From contig JBIKWF010000004.1 in NCBI GenBank assembly GCA_044356455.1, positions 1 to 64,000 on the forward strand: a stretch of 64,000 nt of DNA, given 5' to 3'. This document shows positions 1-10,205 of the stretch, in pieces; the stretch's first letter is position 1; the number at the start of each line of letters is the position of its first letter. A program made the position numbers and the translations under genes. This DNA comes from Bdellovibrionota bacterium (lineage in GTDB: Bacteria; Bdellovibrionota_C; UBA2361; JBGSMV01). The notes beneath the pieces are model-generated. The model saw only the letters and a program-made list of their open reading frames with translations, was not told the DNA's origin and made no database searches.

Positions 1-119
1 CTGCGGTAATGCGCAAGCTCGCTATACGCCTAAATACCAGGATGAAAGCGTATCTCAACCCTCCAGCGGTACCGGCTTAAAAATAACTTACTTTCCTCTT
101 GCTTTTGAACACAGCCGCT
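1..119 (+). mobile_element. Right end of an IS110-family element: transposase C-terminus (<1..80) plus right non-coding end terminating at a CT core
   Basis: Frame 3 reads AVMRKLAIRLNTRMKAYLNPPAVPA* (stop 78-80), matching the IS110 C-terminal A-x-M-R-K-L motif. It is followed by CTTGCTTTTGAACACAGCCG-CT and then a left-truncated palindromic repeat. Confidence 0.75.
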
Positions 120-192
120 CTGTGGTTTTCAGCAATTCAAATCAACCACAGAGGGCACAGAGTTCACAGAGCGGTCTCTTTTAGAGGCTTCC
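118..192. repeat. Family A MITE-like palindromic repeat, copy 1 (left part missing)
   Basis: CTCTGTGGTTTTC..AACCACAGAGGGCACAGAGTTCACAGAG..TTTTAGAGGCTTCC aligns with the right two-thirds of the intact copy at 57701-57838. Confidence 0.9.
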
Positions 193-2341
193 AAGCAATT
201 CGGTCGCGGCGGACCAAGACTACACACACAAGGACAGCCATAAGCACGAACCACGGTCTCAGACCACTTGGCTGATATTCAAACGAAATGCGATGAACCC
301 CTGGGCCGGCCTTGACCGCAAGGAATCCTGGGGTAACTGAGAAAACTTCCTGAGAAACTCCGTTTATTTGGGCAGTCCAGCCTGGGTGATAACCGGTGCG
401 AAATACCACAATCGCCTCGCGGCTAAGTTCAACAACGCCCGAGACTCTTTGACTCTCCCACTGAGACTGCCCGAGGACTCTGCCAGGGGCGATATTCTGC
501 ACCGGCACATCGAGAGAAAGAGAGGCAAACGGCAGCGCTAAAGTTGTTTTGGAAAGTAAGCCCTGAGTAATTTTCCCGAACGCATGTTGTGCAGGGAGTT
601 CGCTATTTACCCACGACTGCAAGTATCGCACCGTATCCTTGGCGTTGCCCCAGCCTTCAAAGGCGAGATCTTCCACTGAGAGAGCATCCGCGCCCGGGTA
701 CTCACTGAGCTGCATCTGCCCTATCTGGGCTAAGGGTTTTAAGAAGCTTGGTAGTCTCCAAGTAGTTGGCGATACCGAGTACCGTACCCCAAAAAGCTTG
801 TAGTCACTCTCACGCTCCGGCGAGAACTCAAACAATAGATCTCCGGCGAGCCCCATCGAGTGAAATAGCATGCCGAGGGTAGGCACGCCCTCGGCGACAA
901 GAAGATGATAAAGGGGCGCGAGGTCGGCGATCCTGGTTTCATGAGACCAGGATTTTCTCATGCCTGCATGCACCCAGGCGTGTGGTAACGCTTTTAGTCG
1001 ATTTGTGATTTCTTGATCTGCTGGTTCGCTAACCTTAGCGGCTTCGACGCGCGCAATGAGTGCATGGGCATCGTTAAAGGTTCGCAGCAGCCCATGTGCT
1101 GGCATCACCAAAGCGAGAGCCAGAAGGAATGCACGAAGCTGGGGGGAGGGGAAGAACGACAGAAATTTTCCTGCGCCGTATCCCGCAAGGAGTACGCCGC
1201 AAATTTGCAACGGAAGAATAAAGCGATGAAGGTGCATGGCGCTTAAAAACGAGAGGTTCTCAAACAACCACCCCCACACCTGGTAGCCGCACAAAAGGCT
1301 TCCCCAGGTGAATAGACAGAGTGAAATCACGGCGGCACTGGAATCAGCATTAGTTGCCGATTGTCGCCATCTAAGCGCTGCCCACCAAGCGGCGCAAACC
1401 ATCGCTAATCCGATTAGCAGAAACCCGGTAATTAAAGGGAGTCTGCCGAGATCGAAAAGCCCCCCGGAAATAAAATTGGAGAAGACCCAATCAGCGCCCC
1501 TAGAGGCGAACTTCCACTCTGGCTCTAAGGTGCTGCGATGGATAACACTCCGGTCAGCGAGGATATATACCCACTGATGAGCGGTAATCAGCATGAAAGT
1601 GAGCAGCGCGAGCGAGAGTCGCCGCAGCGCGGTAAGTTTATCGATATTCCTTGTAAGCGAAAAATAGCAAAGAGCAATTACAACCGTACCAATAACAATA
1701 TAGGCGGAGAGGATATGTGAACCAACGGCTAGAAAGGTAACGGCTGCTAACACGCCGCCTCGTTTTTCGCCTCGCACAAACGCAACGCCGTAGGCTATCG
1801 CGGGCACGAGGAACACTACCGCCCAGAGCTGCATGATTATGCCGTGAGTGCCCCAGAGATAATTGCGAAGGCCAAGGCCGTAACCGCCCTGTTCTACCAA
1901 AAACGGCGAAAAGGCGGCGCACGCGAGCGCTGCCCACCATGAGAGTTGAAGCACTCGTGCGGCGTGAAAAAAGACCCAGGGAATTATTGCGGCGAGAGCT
2001 AATGTGAAACAGGGAAGAAGAGTTTCAAGGTTAATCAGTCCGCCCAACAAGCGGTACGTCCCGTAAATAATCAGATGAGGGAGGTATTGATACGAGCGAA
2101 AAAGAGCGTACCCAAACGGGCTTGCATCAAACCAGAAGTCAAAAGCACTTCCGCCACTGCGTACTACCTCATCCAGTTGTTGAAGCACTGCTAAATGCAG
2201 CGTTACATCGCTAAACTGCACAAGTCCTGGGCGGAGTTCGGCGAAAAAGCCCCAGGCTATAAAGACACTTAGTGCGCAGAGGAGAGCGCTAGCGAGAACG
2301 CGCTCAAGGCACGACGGTTCGCAATCTGTCCCTTTCGTCAT
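164..2341 (-). CDS. YfhO-like polytopic membrane protein (putative GT-C fold glycosyltransferase)
   Basis: 725 aa with many TM segments; C-terminal YHPGWTAQING..PGFLAV..GPGVHRISFEY motif. The last 9 codons lie inside repeat copy 1. Confidence 0.7.
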   Translation of the reverse strand: MTKGTDCEPSCLERVLASALLCALSVFIAWGFFAELRPGLVQFSDVTLHLAVLQQLDEVVRSGGSAFDFWFDASPFGYALFRSYQYLPHLIIYGTYRLLGGLINLETLLPCFTLALAAIIPWVFFHAARVLQLSWWAALACAAFSPFLVEQGGYGLGLRNYLWGTHGIIMQLWAVVFLVPAIAYGVAFVRGEKRGGVLAAVTFLAVGSHILSAYIVIGTVVIALCYFSLTRNIDKLTALRRLSLALLTFMLITAHQWVYILADRSVIHRSTLEPEWKFASRGADWVFSNFISGGLFDLGRLPLITGFLLIGLAMVCAAWWAALRWRQSATNADSSAAVISLCLFTWGSLLCGYQVWGWLFENLSFLSAMHLHRFILPLQICGVLLAGYGAGKFLSFFPSPQLRAFLLALALVMPAHGLLRTFNDAHALIARVEAAKVSEPADQEITNRLKALPHAWVHAGMRKSWSHETRIADLAPLYHLLVAEGVPTLGMLFHSMGLAGDLLFEFSPERESDYKLFGVRYSVSPTTWRLPSFLKPLAQIGQMQLSEYPGADALSVEDLAFEGWGNAKDTVRYLQSWVNSELPAQHAFGKITQGLLSKTTLALPFASLSLDVPVQNIAPGRVLGQSQWESQRVSGVVELSREAIVVFRTGYHPGWTAQINGVSQEVFSVTPGFLAVKAGPGVHRISFEYQPSGLRPWFVLMAVLVCVVLVRRDRIAWKPLKETAL

Positions 2342-2871
2342 CAGCGGGTTTCCACAATCAGCTTGCGCAGGGCGATTTGACGCTCCTCAGCGCCGGGAAG
2401 TCCTGGCGCAATACGAAGAGCAGCTGACAAATCATCTAACGCGCCCTTGAAATCCCCTTGTTCCTCCCTGATGAGGCTACGGTTCAGCAGAGAAAACTTT
2501 GTGAGTTCGTTTAGTTCGTCAATTCCAGAATTATACCGCTCCAGCGCTTCTGGCTTATTTCCCTTAAGATGCAGAGCCCATCCGAGACCGAATAATGCGA
2601 CCGGATCCTTTGGGTCGATCCTCGTCGCCTCTTCAAGTAATTGAATTGCAGTTCCTAACCTGGCTGGATCGGAATTGCTCGCGATAACCGCCTCTAGTCC
2701 GGCGCGACTCAAACTCATGGAAGTCGACTCCTCTTCTGATGATTCGGAGGGAATGCCTCGCCAATAATTGAAGAGCAGAGCCGAGAGCAAGATAATCGCG
2801 AGAGTGCCGCCTAAGATGTTGCGAGCTTTTTCAGACATAAGATCGGTGTTAGCCTGTTGGTGAAGTTGCAT
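2341..2871 (-). CDS. Membrane-anchored TPR protein
   Basis: N-terminal TM helix; TPR-like helices (ALFGLGWAL..EALERY, GDFKGALDDLSAAL); abuts the downstream gene. Confidence 0.75.
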   Translation of the reverse strand: MQLHQQANTDLMSEKARNILGGTLAIILLSALLFNYWRGIPSESSEEESTSMSLSRAGLEAVIASNSDPARLGTAIQLLEEATRIDPKDPVALFGLGWALHLKGNKPEALERYNSGIDELNELTKFSLLNRSLIREEQGDFKGALDDLSAALRIAPGLPGAEERQIALRKLIVETR

Positions 2872-3053
2872 GGATGCCTAGATTCAGTTCCTAAGCCCCC
2901 GACAATTCTGAGCCGACAGTACTGAGACTCGGCGCGGCGATCAACCTAAGTTACCCAGGAGTGTATTTGGAGCCCCCGCCTTTAGGCAAGAATTCCTAGG
3001 CTCCCAAGAGCATGTCTGGGTGAAAAGTTGGTGGGAGAGAGGCTGCTAAGGTT

Positions 3054-3908
3054 TTAACTGCCAGATTCTGAGGTCGGCTCCTCAGGGCTCTCCGCATTTT
3101 GCTCTGCAGATGCGCTGGACGCCTCCTCTTTCTTCTCCTGAGCTGGCGCTTCAGCCTGCTTTGCTCCGGGGATTGGAACGCCGTATTTTGCGCTGAGCAG
3201 TTCCCAAACCCGCTGACTTGCCCCTTTGTAGCCATCTTTTGTTAGTTCAGGGAGCGCGCGTTTCAGGACTTCGTCCGGAATTTCAAGCCTTTCAATAGTG
3301 CGGGGGGCTGCTCCCTCGGTCTTCTTTTGAAGACTTTCGAAGTAGCTATCAAGCACTGCCATGTCAAATTGAGTATCGATTTCGATGCCATCCATTGGGA
3401 TTGCGATCATCTTGCGATGAACCCCGCGCCGATGGTCCATGGCCGCTCGGTCAATTTCTTTGAGCAGGCTCTCCATCATCTCGTCTACGTTTACTTTTCT
3501 TTTACGAACTTCTTTGACGTAGAATCGGTTATCCAATGCAGACTGTAGTGCCTGCTTGTCGGCAGCGGTGCCCTTGTTGGTAATGACCGTTCCAAATCCC
3601 TGTGGCTCAAGACTGCCTCTATTAAACTCCTCGGGAAGCGAGGCGCATAATTTTACAAAGAGGCAGGTTTTATCCTTGCCCATTTGTTTCATGTCGTTGA
3701 TGAAGCTTGAAACATCTTCATCAGGAAATGAGTCTGAAATAAAACAAATCTCGAAATTATCTTCGGTGTGGGAAAGTACGGCCTTACGTAAGGTAGCGGT
3801 GAAATCGCTCGCCGCAAATTGCACATCGGGCTGCAGGGCACGCAAGAAGTCCTGAGCGTCATCTGCGCTTGGGCCAACGACCAGTGCGGCGATATTTGTT
3901 ACCGTCAT
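3054..3908 (-). CDS. Hypothetical protein with possible receiver-like N-terminal domain and acidic tail
   Basis: Long ORF; start placed at MTVTNI after GGGGAG; alternating beta/alpha pattern at the N-terminus. Confidence 0.6.
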   Translation of the reverse strand: MTVTNIAALVVGPSADDAQDFLRALQPDVQFAASDFTATLRKAVLSHTEDNFEICFISDSFPDEDVSSFINDMKQMGKDKTCLFVKLCASLPEEFNRGSLEPQGFGTVITNKGTAADKQALQSALDNRFYVKEVRKRKVNVDEMMESLLKEIDRAAMDHRRGVHRKMIAIPMDGIEIDTQFDMAVLDSYFESLQKKTEGAAPRTIERLEIPDEVLKRALPELTKDGYKGASQRVWELLSAKYGVPIPGAKQAEAPAQEKKEEASSASAEQNAESPEEPTSESGS

Positions 3909-4085
3909 TACTGCTAACTCCCCATAGAGGGGTCTCCCCATAAGTTTCATCGGCACTATAGAGGCGGGGATTTAGAGGATTTGGCTGCTTTAAAAGAGCC
4001 GTGGGGGCCCCCCTTCCGGCAGTAAGATATGTTGTAGTTCTGGGTGCTTACGTCGGTGGCTTAGATCCCTTGGTCTGCGGTAGCC

Positions 4086-4625
4086 TTGCTCCTTATGCAG
4101 GAAGAATTAAGTACACGGGGCCAAAGGCAACAAATCACAGGGGCTCCCGCTGCCGCTAGCGAAACGCCTATCTCACCACTAAACCTTCATACTTCCAAGC
4201 AGGGTGAGCTGCTAACTCTCGTTGAAGACATTCCGCAGTGGTCACATGAAGGGACAATCTGCCGGAGGGTTATTCTTGTTTCAGAGGATGTGGGAGTGGT
4301 GGTGTTTGTTTCAGATTCCCAAAGTAAGAGTCCTTCAATTACCAACGCCTTTGAGCGCCTGAGCGCGGCAAGTAAGCGCGATGTTTACCTTCCTACTGCG
4401 GTTGGTGCGCAAGTTCTTCCCTCGAAGATTCGCTGGTATGAATGTCGTACCGGAGAGGTTACTGCAAGTGGCGTGCAGCAGAGTCTGTGCTTCGATGAGG
4501 TTTCGCCAGGAACTGGTGGCCGCTTAGAGTGGCGACCCGCGCGGGATCCATTCTCTATAGAAGTCGCGCTCCTCCTTGATATTCCTCAAGTTCGAGAACT
4601 TGTATTGGGTATGCGCTCGGAATGA
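4086..4625 (+). CDS. Hypothetical protein
   Basis: 179-aa ORF filling the gap; no motif recognised. Confidence 0.5.
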   Translation: MLLMQEELSTRGQRQQITGAPAAASETPISPLNLHTSKQGELLTLVEDIPQWSHEGTICRRVILVSEDVGVVVFVSDSQSKSPSITNAFERLSAASKRDVYLPTAVGAQVLPSKIRWYECRTGEVTASGVQQSLCFDEVSPGTGGRLEWRPARDPFSIEVALLLDIPQVRELVLGMRSE

Positions 4626-4635
4626 TCGAGATTTG

Positions 4636-5307
4636 TTAGGGGTAAGAGAAGCTCACTCCCTCCTCATTCAGGCTGCGATACCCCGCAGATCCAAAGATGA
4701 CATGGTCAAGTAATTTGATTCCAAGAAGCTTCCCCGCTTGTTTCAGTACCTCTGTTACGTTTAGGTCCTCCTTGCTCGGCGTGAGATTCCCCGAAGGATG
4801 ATTGTGCGCAACGATCAGTGCACAGGCGCGGTCGCAGAGTGGATCGGCGAACACTTCTCGTGGGTGCACTTGGGTTACGTTGACGAGGCCAATGGTGACC
4901 ACACGGAGGGCAATGACTTCATGGGCACCGTTTAGGGAGATTGAGATGAAATGCTCTTGGCGCCTGTCTGCAAAATGTCTGAGCAGAGGATAAATGTCAG
5001 CGGCACAGGTTATTTTGCTGCCTGCGGGCCTAATTCGGCGCCTGGCAAACTCGAGGGCTGATACCAAGAGCGCCGCTTTGGCGGGGCCAATACCTGGGAT
5101 CTGCTTTAACTTTGCGGCAGAAAGGCTTGGCCCCGCGGAGTCGATGAGAGGCAGGATCTCATGTGCCAATGAGAAGACGTCACGTTTTTTGTTTCCGCTT
5201 CCTAGCAGCACTGAAAGGAGTTCCACATCTCGGAGTGTTTCTGGCCCAGAGCGCAGAAGCCTTTCGCGAGGCCGCTCGGAAGTAGGAATTTCTTTTACTT
5301 GAAGCAT
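4636..5307 (-). CDS. radC: RadC (UPF0758) JAB/MPN domain protein
   Basis: ERPRERL, GIGPAKA HhH motif, VHPREVF, AHNHPSG..PSKED, LLDHVI. Confidence 0.95.
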   Translation of the reverse strand: MLQVKEIPTSERPRERLLRSGPETLRDVELLSVLLGSGNKKRDVFSLAHEILPLIDSAGPSLSAAKLKQIPGIGPAKAALLVSALEFARRRIRPAGSKITCAADIYPLLRHFADRRQEHFISISLNGAHEVIALRVVTIGLVNVTQVHPREVFADPLCDRACALIVAHNHPSGNLTPSKEDLNVTEVLKQAGKLLGIKLLDHVIFGSAGYRSLNEEGVSFSYP

Positions 5308-5637
5308 GGGACTATTCTCGGATTCTCCGAGCAAATGTTTCTTTGTGGCGGAAGGAAAAGGTCCTACGACTGCGAGCTTTGAGTTAAGTGCCTAGGAGGA
5401 CTAAGGAATTTTTCTTCCTGTGCTCTCTGTCTTCCTAGAAAAAATGCTTTTTCACGCGCCTCACTAAGATGCGGTCGAAGCCTATTCCTGAATAACTCTC
5501 GTAAGTTTGGCTTCGATCGGATTCGCCTGACCATAAATAGTCGGCGTAATTGAAAGCGGTGCTGTTCTTTACTTGGCGAGGATGGCCGAGGAAAAGCATG
5601 CGCTTCGTCTGGCCAGCGTGTGTTTGTGGGGGTATTC

Positions 5638-8600
5638 ATGTTTCGCTCAATCCTTAGTGCGCTTTGTGGCGCGTTTATCGGCCTTGCCTTTGTTCAATCT
5701 GCGCATGCGTGGGACTGTCCAACCGGCATGGTGTCTAATCCTCAAGCCACAGATGGAACTTCATCTTCAGCTGTGCAGATAACCTGGACTCGCACGGCGC
5801 CTGCTGGTTCGTGTTATTACATAATCTTCCGCTCGGATAATGGCTCGGGCGGAGCCTGCACGGCTCGTGATTGTCCAGGCTGGATTCGTGTTTCTGATCC
5901 TTTCGCGCTCGTAAATTCTGTCGGTCGTTCAGCGAGCTGGAGTTATAACGACGCTACTACTCCCAGCGCCCAGAATCTCACCTATAGGGTGTGCAGCTTT
6001 CAATCCTACTTGTCTGATGGAACCTTTGACCGCTTGAACTGTACTGAAGCCCCTGATACGAGTGGCTGGCGCGCGCCTCCTCCGGCACCTGTTTCGGTTT
6101 CAAGTGCAGCAGGAAGTTCGACGGCACACGTGCCCGTGTCGTGGATGCAAGGCGCCTCACTTACAAATCTTTCACACCGCCTTTATCGAAGCAGCTCGCC
6201 AAGCTCATGCTCGAATCCTGGGGAAGTTATCGCGAACCCACTCACTGCTCGCCCTCATAACGACACGACTGCTACGCCGGGAGTTTCTTACTATTATACC
6301 GTTCAGGCAGTCGCTCCGAGTGGTGATGTGGCGTGCACGCCGACCTCTCAGACCTGGCGCAAAATGTCGAGTCCCACAAATGTACTTGTTGAAGTAGCTG
6401 ACGGGGATTCTCTTCGTGTGCGCTGGAACCATCCCGCCGCCTCAGGCGCTCCCAGCAACGGAGTGGTTTCATACAACCTCTATCGCCGGACAAATTCGAG
6501 TGTTGATGTGTGCGGTAGCGGACAACTTATTTACCAAGGAATCACTCCCGGTAGTGCTTCTTTCCAGGATGATACGGTGGTGCCGGGGACGGCATATTTC
6601 TATGCGCTTAGGAGTGCAGGAGCAAATGGGCAGCTTTCTGATTGCTCAAGCGCTTCGCAAGGCTCGGGTACTGCTCCCGGATTCCTTATTTCAGGCCGCG
6701 TCGTTCAGGAGGGCAGTTCGGTAGGACTTTCAGGGGTCGCGATTGCGCTTAGCGGAGCCCGTGCTGCCTCAACCACGTCAGCTTCTGACGGCTCCTATTC
6801 TTTCCCCGCACTTGCCGGTGGAAACTATACGGTAGCTGCTTCACGATCCGGAGTAACAATCTTCCCGCCTAGCCAAGGCGTTTCCATCTCCTCATTTGAT
6901 CAAACCGCGGTAAACTTCACGGCGTCCTGCCCTGCAGGGCAGTTCTTTAGTGGCCAGAACTGTGTCGTAGTGCCTCCTGGTGCTCCGATTGGTCTTAATG
7001 CAAGTGACAATTTATCCTCTGGAGTGGCGGTGCAGTGGAGCGCCCCATCAGGTCCTGTAACCGGATACAAGCTTTATCGCTCCTCCTCGTCCCAAGCGTG
7101 TGCCACGGGTACTCAGATCGCTACTATATCGGGAACTTCATACTCCGATACTACGATAAGTTACGGGCAGGCAGCTTTTTACTCAGTGCGTGCCTATAAT
7201 GATGGTGGTGATGGTCTCTGCAGCAACATAGACCAGGGTCTCCGAACGGATACGCAGCCTCAGATAGGTTCAGGTCCCGCAAATGTCTCCGTCTTTGTAG
7301 GCCAGGCAGCGACCTTCAACGTCGTGGCATCGGGTAGCCGGCTTAGCTACCAGTGGAAAAGAAACGGTAACCCCATATCGGGGGCAAACGAGAGCAGCTA
7401 CACGCTTTCACCGGTGGCTCTGGGAGATAGCGGGGCGCAGTTTAGCGTGGAAGTTTCAAACCCGTCGTTCCCTGCGGTTGCAAGCAACGCCGCTTCTTTA
7501 ACCGTGAAGGCAAAACCTGCCATCACCCAGCAGCCTCTCGGCGGTACCGTGTATATTGGTGAGACAAGGCAGCTCTCGGTTGGCGCAACCGGGGAGCAAA
7601 TGTCCTATCAGTGGTTCAAGAATGGTTCTGCAATTTTAGGTGCGACAAATGCATTCTTCGACACGGAGGCCTTTGCACTGAGTGACGATGGCGCAAGATA
7701 CCATGTCGTCGTTTCCAATCCCGGGGGCGACACGCGCTCTAACGATGCCATATTTACTGTACGTGGAAACACGCTAAACGTTTCCGTGAGCCGAGCAATA
7801 GGCGGGGGGCTTAGCGGCGCGGAGATTTCGATTAACTCGAATTCGGCCGGGACCACAGACGCAAACGGTTTACTGAATGTTGCAAACCTAGCTGCAGGCA
7901 CCTATGCCGTGACCGCAACAAAAGCAGGTGTGCAAATTAACCCAGCAAGTCTGCAGGTTTCTGTGGTCAATGGACAAGCCGCGCAAGCATCCTTCTCCGC
8001 TTCATGTCAGGCAGGGAATGTGTTTGAAGGCTCTGTCTGCGTTCCAAGAACCGTGTTCCCGATCCAGCCTAGGCTTGAATGTGTTTCTCAAGTTGGCGCG
8101 GGGCGCTTCAGGGCTTACTTTGGATATAATAATCCAAACAATGGTGTCGTCGCTGTTGCGCACGGCTCAGCGCAAGGGTCAAGAAATGAGCTATCCGATG
8201 CGGCTCTTACGGCACAACTTCCTACCGATTTCGATCGCGGATTAGTAACGGGGGCGTTTAGTGTCGAGTTTAACGGTGCCCCCCTTACCTGGACTCTCGA
8301 GAACGACTCTCAGGGCGTACAAACGGTGAGCGCTTCAAGCGCTTCGCCAGCCTGTGCGCCTGTGGTGCCAACCGCCCAGTGTATCCGCATTGCTCCGGAT
8401 GGGACTCTCATGGCCCATTTTGGCTACCAAAATGCAAATGACTTTAGAACCTCGATTGTGGTGCCTCTTGGAGAGAGGAATGCGTTTGCTCCCGCTCCTC
8501 AAGATCGTGGGCAGCCGGTAGAGTTTGAATTTGGGAATCACCCAAATGCGTTCTCCGTGCCTTTCGACGGGGCGACGGTCACGTGGAGTCTGCTCGGACA

Positions 8601-9660
8601 ACAAGTAAGCCTCTCCCGAGAGTCTCAGGTATGTGCTCCGGGGAACACTGCTCCCGTAGCGAATGCGGGAGTTGCATATGCTGCAAGTTGCCAAGGGTAT
8701 GTCACTACGATTCAGCTCGATGCCGTAGCTTCAGCTGATGCCGACGGAAATCGGCTCTTCTATCGCTGGACCACGACCTGTCCCAATGCTTCCTTCTCTG
8801 ACCAGGCCGCTATGGCGCCTACTTTGCAGCTCCGTGACCCTGGCTTAGGAATTGCGGCAAACTGCTCAGTGTCCGTGACGGTAACCGACAACTTGCTTTC
8901 GAGTACGGCCTCGGCGCCCGTTTCCGTGGGATCCTGCCCGCTTGATTGCCGCAGTATTCCAAATGGTACGGCGCTCATCGACCAATGCGGAATTTGCGGC
9001 GGCGATGGGACTACGTGTCTTGATTGCCGCGCTATTCCTAATGGACCAAACCGAGTCGATCGCTGCGGGGTATGCGGAGGAAATGATGCCTGCGTTGATT
9101 GTAACAATGTCGCCAATGGCCCTGCGGCACGCGACCGCTGCGGCGTGTGTGGTGGTAATGGCACGTCATGTTTGGGATGCGTAGAGACCAAACTGTCGGA
9201 TGTGGTTCGATTACTTACGGAAGACTTCTTTAAGCTTCGAGATATTAACGCTCGCTCTTTGAGAAGACTTCGCGATGCGGCGAACGAAATCAGCATCGCA
9301 GAACCAGCACGTGCTCTTGAGATGAAGAAGTACACGAAGTTCGTGCGCAGTAGCTTGAAAGACCTCGACTTTAGATATGCACGTTTGCAGATTGAACTCG
9401 TCGCAGAAATTCCAAGCGTGCTGGTAACCTGTGAGAATTCAACGTTCTGTACCCAAACGGATAATGGACCGGTAATCGATAAGTACCGTACGGTTGCGGC
9501 CACGATGCAGAAGAGTACCAAGGAAGCAATGAAACGCCTTCGTAAGCTCATCAGGCTTACGGGGACTGACAAGAAGCGCCTCGCAAATGCGAAGGCTACT
9601 CGCATTCTAGTTGATAACCGACTACTCACGGTTCCGCGCGTCGTATCGAAATGCGGCTAG
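5638..9660 (+). CDS. Large secreted multidomain surface protein (Fn3, Ig-like, carboxypeptidase-regulatory-like, Cys-rich DxCGVCGG repeats, basic C-terminal helical domain)
   Basis: Signal peptide ending AHA; Fn3-like YxLYR..YxDxT..PG..YxY repeats; two Ig SYQWxxNG domains; two C..AxFGYxN domains; three DxCGxCGG repeats. Confidence 0.85.
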   Translation: MFRSILSALCGAFIGLAFVQSAHAWDCPTGMVSNPQATDGTSSSAVQITWTRTAPAGSCYYIIFRSDNGSGGACTARDCPGWIRVSDPFALVNSVGRSASWSYNDATTPSAQNLTYRVCSFQSYLSDGTFDRLNCTEAPDTSGWRAPPPAPVSVSSAAGSSTAHVPVSWMQGASLTNLSHRLYRSSSPSSCSNPGEVIANPLTARPHNDTTATPGVSYYYTVQAVAPSGDVACTPTSQTWRKMSSPTNVLVEVADGDSLRVRWNHPAASGAPSNGVVSYNLYRRTNSSVDVCGSGQLIYQGITPGSASFQDDTVVPGTAYFYALRSAGANGQLSDCSSASQGSGTAPGFLISGRVVQEGSSVGLSGVAIALSGARAASTTSASDGSYSFPALAGGNYTVAASRSGVTIFPPSQGVSISSFDQTAVNFTASCPAGQFFSGQNCVVVPPGAPIGLNASDNLSSGVAVQWSAPSGPVTGYKLYRSSSSQACATGTQIATISGTSYSDTTISYGQAAFYSVRAYNDGGDGLCSNIDQGLRTDTQPQIGSGPANVSVFVGQAATFNVVASGSRLSYQWKRNGNPISGANESSYTLSPVALGDSGAQFSVEVSNPSFPAVASNAASLTVKAKPAITQQPLGGTVYIGETRQLSVGATGEQMSYQWFKNGSAILGATNAFFDTEAFALSDDGARYHVVVSNPGGDTRSNDAIFTVRGNTLNVSVSRAIGGGLSGAEISINSNSAGTTDANGLLNVANLAAGTYAVTATKAGVQINPASLQVSVVNGQAAQASFSASCQAGNVFEGSVCVPRTVFPIQPRLECVSQVGAGRFRAYFGYNNPNNGVVAVAHGSAQGSRNELSDAALTAQLPTDFDRGLVTGAFSVEFNGAPLTWTLENDSQGVQTVSASSASPACAPVVPTAQCIRIAPDGTLMAHFGYQNANDFRTSIVVPLGERNAFAPAPQDRGQPVEFEFGNHPNAFSVPFDGATVTWSLLGQQVSLSRESQVCAPGNTAPVANAGVAYAASCQGYVTTIQLDAVASADADGNRLFYRWTTTCPNASFSDQAAMAPTLQLRDPGLGIAANCSVSVTVTDNLLSSTASAPVSVGSCPLDCRSIPNGTALIDQCGICGGDGTTCLDCRAIPNGPNRVDRCGVCGGNDACVDCNNVANGPAARDRCGVCGGNGTSCLGCVETKLSDVVRLLTEDFFKLRDINARSLRRLRDAANEISIAEPARALEMKKYTKFVRSSLKDLDFRYARLQIELVAEIPSVLVTCENSTFCTQTDNGPVIDKYRTVAATMQKSTKEAMKRLRKLIRLTGTDKKRLANAKATRILVDNRLLTVPRVVSKCG

Positions 9661-9797
9661 AGCCCAAGCCTTAGCCGCGCTTTCTACGCAAGAGAATATG
9701 CATTCTTTCTATTTCGCTCGCGTTGTTCATCAGAATACGATGAATGCACGTAAGGGGGAGAGGTGAAGGCACAGGTTCTCGCAGAAAGGAGCTACTC

Positions 9798-10205
9798 ATG
9801 CGCAGTGAACGCAGAGTCCGGTTTTGGGTGATTTTGTCGGTTGCTTTCGTGGTTCTTCAGTTGCTTGATGGGATCCTCACGGCTATCGGCGTGCGGATGT
9901 ACGGTCTGGAGTTCGAGGGGAATCCGCTTGCGGCCCTGATCTTCGGCAAGCTTGGAACGGTTCAGGGTGCCATCGCAGTCAAGGCGGTCTCGATTCTGAT
10001 CTTCTTTGGGATTCTCTGGTACTGCTTGTACGTCCGGTGGTCCCTCATGGATGTGGTCGGACTGCTCTGGGGCAGAGCGCCGAAGCGAGATAGAGCGTAC
10101 GCCATGAAGAACTTCTACGCACTGGCGGCTATTACCATCCCTGCATCTTTGTATGCGGGTGCTGGTTGGACCTATGTGCACATTCTGCTTGGGAATGCAT
10201 CCTGA
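9798..10205 (+). CDS. DUF5658-like small membrane protein
   Basis: LDGILTAIGV..EGNPL motif; 3 TM segments; AAGGAG RBS before ATG 9798. Confidence 0.65.
   Translation: MRSERRVRFWVILSVAFVVLQLLDGILTAIGVRMYGLEFEGNPLAALIFGKLGTVQGAIAVKAVSILIFFGILWYCLYVRWSLMDVVGLLWGRAPKRDRAYAMKNFYALAAITIPASLYAGAGWTYVHILLGNAS

Noticed and set aside
4636..5307. radC as a marker of a prophage or ICE
   Set aside because: It is the full-length HhH+JAB chromosomal type, with no integrase or phage genes nearby.
8760..9629. 289-aa antisense ORF (likewise 53808..54659, 42515..43216, 33368..33934)
   Set aside because: Shadow frames opposite well-supported genes, with no motifs.
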